A stretch of 64,000 nt of DNA, from assembly GCA_016215405.1 (NCBI GenBank), contig JACRJQ010000008.1, forward strand, positions 25,866 through 89,865, in the 5' to 3' direction. This DNA comes from Candidatus Tayloriibacteriota bacterium (GTDB taxonomy: Bacteria > Patescibacteriota > Minisyncoccia > Phycocordibacterales > UBA6065). The position numbers were made by a program, and so were the translations under genes. Below the pieces are notes generated by a model, which saw only the letters and a list, made by a program, of their open reading frames with translations, did no database searches and was not told where the DNA came from. Below are positions 58,947 through 64,000 of the stretch, piece after piece (position 1 is the stretch's first letter; each line of letters starts with the position of its first letter).

Positions 58947-61220
58947 ATGGCCAAAAAGAAAAAGACCGGCGTCGAAGAGGCGCCGAAATCCGACAGAAAA
59001 TCGAAGGGCGGATTCTTCAAGAACCTCAAAGACGAGACGGTCCAGGGAGTCCTTATGATAGTGTTCTTCGTCCTCGCGATATTCACCTCTCTCGCCATCT
59101 GGGAGAAGGCGGGCATCGTGGGGCATTATACGTATCTCGGACTCTCGTATCTGTTGGGCGTCGGATACTACCTCCTGCCCCTCATATTCGTCGTCCTCGG
59201 CATAACGACGATACGCAACTTCCATCGCCATTTCGACGCCGCGAAGATCTACGGCTCGCTCCTCTTCCTCCTCTCCACCTTAGGCATCATAGAGATCGTC
59301 TCGCCTACCTACGGCGGCTTCATAGGAAAGTGGGTCGCCTTCCCCTTCGTGAGCCTCATCGACGTCTCCGCGTCCCTCGTCGTGCTCTCCGCCCTGGTCA
59401 TCATCTCTATCATCGTGGCGTTCAACGAGGAGCTCGACCTCAAGTCTCTCTTGCGATTCGGTAAGGACGAGGAGGACGAGGACGAAGAGGCCGAGATAGA
59501 GGAGGAGGTGAACATCAGGCTCTCTTTGCCTACCGAAGAGGAGGCCCCTAAAAAGAGGAAGAAGGAACCGGAGGCCGAGCCTGAGAAGACCAAGGAGGAG
59601 AAGAAACCGAAGAAGGACATGAAGGTCTCGACCGGCGTAGAGGACGACGGCAAAGACTTCATCAAGCCTTCGAAAGATACGGACAAGGAGTACACCCCTC
59701 CCCCGCTCTCGCTTCTCGAACGCGACAAAGGCAAGCCCGTCGTAGGAGACGTCAAAGCGAACGCGAACATCATAAAGAGGACCCTTATGAACTTCGGCAT
59801 CGACGTCGAGATGGACGAGGTCTCTATCGGCCCCTCGGTCACCCGCTATGCCCTTAAGCCCGCCGAAGGAGTGAAGCTCGCGCGCATCGTCGGCCTGCAA
59901 AACGACCTCGCCTTGGCCCTCGCCGCCCACCCTTTGCGCATAGAGGCTCCTATCCCTGGCAAATCCCTCGTAGGCATCGAGATACCGAACACGACAAAGA
60001 CGACCGTAGGCCTCGGAACCCTCTTCTCGAACGAGGAGTTCCAGACGTCCGAAAAGCCCCTCCTCGTAGCCATAGGCAAAGGCATCTCGGGCAAATCTCA
60101 CTACGTGAACGTGGCGAAGATGCCCCACCTCCTCATCGCCGGCGCCACGGGATCGGGAAAATCGGTCACTATACACGCCCTTATCGTCTCTCTCCTCTAT
60201 CGATGCTCGCCTGAGAAGCTCAAACTGATCATGATCGACCCGAAAAGAGTCGAACTTACGCTCTATAACAAGATCCCCCACCTCCTCACCCCGGTCATCA
60301 CCGATGCGAAGAAGGCGATCCTGTCCCTCAAATGGGCCGCAAAAGAGATGGATAGGCGCTACAACATCCTCCAAGAGCACGGCGTGCGCGACATAGACTC
60401 GTACCACAAGAACGTATACGAGCCCGCCTCGAAAAAGGTGAAGGTCAAAAAAGACGGCGAAGAGATAGACGCTCCAGGGCCTGATCCGATGCCTTATATA
60501 GTCGTCATCATCGACGAGCTCGCGGATATCATGCAGACCTACCCTCGAGAGCTCGAGGCCGGCATCGTCCGCCTCGCCCAGATGTCTCGAGCCGTGGGCA
60601 TCCACCTCATGCTCTCTACCCAAAGGCCGTCGGTAAACGTCATAACCGGCCTCATCAAGGCGAACATCCCTGCGCGACTGGCTCTCCAAGTGGCGTCCCA
60701 GGTCGACTCCCGCACCATCCTCGACACCGTGGGCGCGGAGAAGCTCCTCGGCGCGGGAGATATGCTCTACCTCGGCGGCGAGATGTCGAAACCTACCCGC
60801 ATCCAGTGCGCGTACATAAGCGAATCGGAAGTGAAGAAAGTCGTGAAATTCCTCGCCGACTCGCATATCGACGAGCTTAACGACGAGATAAACCTCACGG
60901 ACAACGCCGTAAAGAACGACAACGCCATATTCTCCGCGACCCTCGACGATATGGGCGAGGAAGGCGGAGAAGACGACGACGACGATATGTACGAACAGGC
61001 CAAGGCGGTCGTCATGGAAGCCGGAAAGGCCTCGACCTCCTATATCCAGAGGAAGCTGCGCGTCGGATACTCGCGCGCGGCGCGGCTCATGGACCTCCTC
61101 GAAGAACGAGGCGTGATAGGGGCGGCCGACGGCTCCAAGCCTCGACCGGTCGTCCTCGGAGGAGGCGGCTCGTCGGAGACATCGTCGGAAGGAGCGGCGG
61201 AAGAAGAGAAGCCTTTATAA
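58947..61220 (+). CDS. ftsK: DNA translocase FtsK/SpoIIIE
   Basis: N-terminal TMs; RIEAPIPGK, GATGSGKS, IIDELAD, TQRPSV, gamma domain GYSRAARLMD. Confidence 0.96.
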   Translation: MAKKKKTGVEEAPKSDRKSKGGFFKNLKDETVQGVLMIVFFVLAIFTSLAIWEKAGIVGHYTYLGLSYLLGVGYYLLPLIFVVLGITTIRNFHRHFDAAKIYGSLLFLLSTLGIIEIVSPTYGGFIGKWVAFPFVSLIDVSASLVVLSALVIISIIVAFNEELDLKSLLRFGKDEEDEDEEAEIEEEVNIRLSLPTEEEAPKKRKKEPEAEPEKTKEEKKPKKDMKVSTGVEDDGKDFIKPSKDTDKEYTPPPLSLLERDKGKPVVGDVKANANIIKRTLMNFGIDVEMDEVSIGPSVTRYALKPAEGVKLARIVGLQNDLALALAAHPLRIEAPIPGKSLVGIEIPNTTKTTVGLGTLFSNEEFQTSEKPLLVAIGKGISGKSHYVNVAKMPHLLIAGATGSGKSVTIHALIVSLLYRCSPEKLKLIMIDPKRVELTLYNKIPHLLTPVITDAKKAILSLKWAAKEMDRRYNILQEHGVRDIDSYHKNVYEPASKKVKVKKDGEEIDAPGPDPMPYIVVIIDELADIMQTYPRELEAGIVRLAQMSRAVGIHLMLSTQRPSVNVITGLIKANIPARLALQVASQVDSRTILDTVGAEKLLGAGDMLYLGGEMSKPTRIQCAYISESEVKKVVKFLADSHIDELNDEINLTDNAVKNDNAIFSATLDDMGEEGGEDDDDDMYEQAKAVVMEAGKASTSYIQRKLRVGYSRAARLMDLLEERGVIGAADGSKPRPVVLGGGGSSETSSEGAAEEEKPL

Positions 61221-61259
61221 TCTCTTTATCAGGGCAAGGGATAATACCGAAAGGACGAT

Positions 61260-61613
61260 ATGACCGACAGAAGGAAGATAAAGCAGCTCATAAAATTCTG
61301 GATCGCCCTCGCGGCGATATTCGTGATCGCAGGCTATGGGGCGTTCCAGGCGAAAGACCTCGCCATGGGCCCGCAGATCGAGGTAACCTTCCCCGCCACA
61401 GGGACGCTCTCGGGCGAATCGCTCGTCGAGATACGGGGCACCGCGAAGAACATCTCGCGCCTCTCCCTTAACGGAGACAAGATATTCACCGACGAAGAGG
61501 GCCGATGGTCGGAGACGGTCCTCCTCTCGTACGGTTATAATATAATGACCCTCGAAGCGAATGATAGGTTCGGCAGGACCGAGAAAAGGACGTTGGAACT
61601 CATTTATAAATAA
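61260..61613 (+). CDS. Small membrane-anchored Ig-like domain protein
   Basis: TM, GP.I.V..P, L.YGYNI..LEA.DRFG. Confidence 0.7.
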   Translation: MTDRRKIKQLIKFWIALAAIFVIAGYGAFQAKDLAMGPQIEVTFPATGTLSGESLVEIRGTAKNISRLSLNGDKIFTDEEGRWSETVLLSYGYNIMTLEANDRFGRTEKRTLELIYK

Positions 61614-61623
61614 GCGAAACCAC

Positions 61624-62688
61624 ATGGCGAAAAAAGAAAAGAAGGAGGCGGCGACGATAGAGACTCACGAAAGACCGAACATCGAAGACACCCTCGCGGC
61701 GATAAAGACGAAATTCGGCGACGACGCCATCATGAAGCTCGGCGACAAGCCGAAAGTCGACGTGAACGCCATATCGACGGGATCGATCGGCCTCGATGCG
61801 GCCCTCGGCATCGGCGGCGTGCCTCGCGGCAGGATCATAGAGATCTTCGGGCCTGAATCGTCGGGCAAGACCACCCTCTCCCTCCATATAGTGGCCGAGG
61901 CCCAAAAGACGGGTGGCATCTGCGCCTTCATCGACGCCGAACACGCGATGGACCCTGAGTACGCGAGGAAGATCGGGGTCAAGATCGACGAGCTCCTCAT
62001 CTCCCAGCCGGATACGGGCGAGCAAGCCCTCGAGATCGTAGAATCCCTGGTAAGGTCAGGGAAGCTCGACGTCGTCGTCATCGACTCGGTCGCCGCCCTC
62101 ACCCCTAAAGACGAGATCGAGGGTGACATGGGCGCCCAGCACATGGGAAAGCAGGCCCGCCTCATGAGCCAGGCCCTCCGCAAGCTCACCGCCATAACCG
62201 CGAAGTCGAAGACCGTCGTCATCTTCATAAATCAGATCCGCATGCAGATAGGCGTCATGTTCGGCAACCCTGAGACCACGACCGGAGGAAAGGCTCTGAA
62301 GTTCTATACTTCGGTCCGAATGGATATCCGCCGCATCGCCCAGATAAAGAAAGGCGAGGAGGTCATGGGCGGCCGTTGCCGCGTCAAAGTGGTCAAGAAC
62401 AAGGTCGCTGCGCCGTTCAAGCAGACCGAATTCGACCTCATGTATAACGAAGGGATCAGCCGCGAAGGAGAGATCCTCGCCTTAGGCGAGAAGATGGGCC
62501 TTATAAAGAAATCAGGGGCGTCCTATAAATACGGCGAGGAGCCGATCGGCCGAGGCTACGATGCGACGAGACAGTTCCTGAAGGAGAACAAGAAAGTGGC
62601 GAACGACATCCTCCGCGAGATAAAGAAAGCGCTCGACAAGGGAGACATTCTCGAGGCCTCCCCTGCCCCAGCAGAGGCGGGAGAATAG
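61624..62688 (+). CDS. recA: Recombinase A
   Basis: [40 protein letters not shown]. Confidence 0.98.
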   Translation: MAKKEKKEAATIETHERPNIEDTLAAIKTKFGDDAIMKLGDKPKVDVNAISTGSIGLDAALGIGGVPRGRIIEIFGPESSGKTTLSLHIVAEAQKTGGICAFIDAEHAMDPEYARKIGVKIDELLISQPDTGEQALEIVESLVRSGKLDVVVIDSVAALTPKDEIEGDMGAQHMGKQARLMSQALRKLTAITAKSKTVVIFINQIRMQIGVMFGNPETTTGGKALKFYTSVRMDIRRIAQIKKGEEVMGGRCRVKVVKNKVAAPFKQTEFDLMYNEGISREGEILALGEKMGLIKKSGASYKYGEEPIGRGYDATRQFLKENKKVANDILREIKKALDKGDILEASPAPAEAGE

Positions 62689-62966
62689 TCGGCGACCGGG
62701 CTCGAAGATACGCGCTTCAAGACGACGAAAAGCCGAGGGCGAATGCCCCGGCTTTTCGTAACTTGGTTGCATCTGCAAAAGATCGGAACTGCCGCGAGGC
62801 GTACCTCGCGGTCCGCAGACCATCATACGCAGAAGCGATAAAAGAAATATAAAATCGCTCTCTTGCCTTGGGGATATCGATAGAGGGCCGCCCTAAGTAG
62901 ACAACCTGTCTGCGTTAGGCTAGGATAAAGCCCTGTTAAGCCTTATTTAGATATACACCAACCAGC

Positions 62967-63557
62967 ATGGCGATGCTTGAATACAACGAGATAACGGTAC
63001 GCAAGTACATAGTGATCGAGGGCGCACCCTATGAAGTGATCGAGAACCACATCGCGCGCACCCAGCAGAGGAAGCCTCAAAACCAGACGAAGGTGAAGAA
63101 CCTCCTCACCGGGCGGCTCTCTAACATGACGTTCCACGCCGCAGACAAGGTGGCAGAGGCCGAGATCGACACCCGCGAGGCGAAATTCCTCTATACCTCT
63201 AAAGGAGAGTTCTGGTTCTGCGACGCGAACAACCCTGCCAAGAGATTCAAGATCTCTGCCGAGATACTCGGCCCGAAAGCGCTCTTCCTCAAGGCGAACA
63301 CCGTATACGACACCATGGTATTCGTCGACCCTGAGAACGAGGACGGCGAAGGGACGATCTTCGGAGTAAAGCTCGATCCGACCGTAGACCTCAAGGTCGT
63401 CGAAGCTCCTCCCGGCATAAAAGGCGATACGGCTCGAGGAGGCAATAAGCTCGTCAAAGTTGAGACGGGCGCCATGGTCACCGTTCCCCTCTTCGTGAAC
63501 GAAGGCGATACTATAAGGATAAATACGGAGACGGGCGAATATAGAGAGCGAGCGTAA
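62967..63557 (+). CDS. efp: Translation elongation factor P
   Basis: KNLLTG, PPGIKGDTA, ETG..V.VPLFVNEGD.I.INT..GEY.ERA; tip loop TQQRKP. Confidence 0.93.
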   Translation: MAMLEYNEITVRKYIVIEGAPYEVIENHIARTQQRKPQNQTKVKNLLTGRLSNMTFHAADKVAEAEIDTREAKFLYTSKGEFWFCDANNPAKRFKISAEILGPKALFLKANTVYDTMVFVDPENEDGEGTIFGVKLDPTVDLKVVEAPPGIKGDTARGGNKLVKVETGAMVTVPLFVNEGDTIRINTETGEYRERA

Positions 63558-63623
63558 TCTGACTCGAAACAAAAACCGCGCGGCCATAAGGTCGCGCGGT
63601 TTCGCATAGAGGTCAAAAGAGCT

Positions 63624-63944
63624 TCACAGGGCGCAGGCTGCTTCCGACAAGGGATTCCGAGGCAGCGTAAGCTTGGCCGCGAACCTGAGCATGGATGCGG
63701 ACGGGACGTAGGCGACAGGCCCCGGCTTTAGGGCGATGACGAGACGCGTCGCGAGGATATCGAACATCGCCCCAACGAGCACCGGGCGAGCCATGATGGC
63801 TAGCTTTTCCTTTGGGGCCGCCCCGTCCCAGAGCATGTAATTGTTCGCGCCGGTGACGGCCAATACAGGAGTCCGCCTGAACTCCCCGGGCGAGCCTAAA
63901 GCGAGCCCGATCACCTCGCCGAGCTTCGATTCGTTCATCTTCAT
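63624..63944 (-). CDS. Hypothetical protein
   Basis: 106-aa ORF converging on efp across a hairpin at about 63571-63603. Confidence 0.4.
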   Translation of the reverse strand: MKMNESKLGEVIGLALGSPGEFRRTPVLAVTGANNYMLWDGAAPKEKLAIMARPVLVGAMFDILATRLVIALKPGPVAYVPSASMLRFAAKLTLPRNPLSEAACAL

Positions 63945-64000
63945 GAGGAATTCGAAGGCGCCCGAGACCCTCTGCCCGAACAGACATGGGTCGAGGCCGC

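Noticed and set aside
62690-62945. ncRNA between recA and efp
   Set aside because: A terminator and one more hairpin are visible, but no recognisable RNA family or second copy.

Overview
Chromosomal segment of a small-genome bacterium, most likely Patescibacteria/CPR (Parcubacteria-like), inferred from the divergent rRNAs, unlinked 16S and 23S-5S genes, group I introns in 23S and gene content. Housekeeping genes include rsmI, mraY, rlmH, an Mpl/MurC-like ligase, pyk, secDF, rodA/ftsW, rplJL, ftsK, recA, efp and two tRNAs, plus a surface-glycan block and many orphan single-gene units. Best leads: (1) a cell-wall-linked cluster (ATP-grasp, NlpC/P60, MraY, aminoacyl-tRNA transferase-like, Mpl-like, LysW-like carrier ending in Lys, DMT exporter, PLP enzyme); (2) a 211-nt 23S group I intron that appears to lack the P4-P6 domain; (3) a 16S without anti-Shine-Dalgarno, with many apparently leaderless genes; (4) several small palindromic repeat families, one in-frame in a CDS and one flanked by an 18-bp duplication of the rplL 3' end; (5) a TGTCYTT motif cluster in and around an HTH gene next to ftsK; (6) unusual domain fusions (J-like domain in an S41 peptidase; sigma4-like HTH plus DnaA domain IV). 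No CRISPR array, transposase or integrase was seen. All calls are by eye; no database searches were run.
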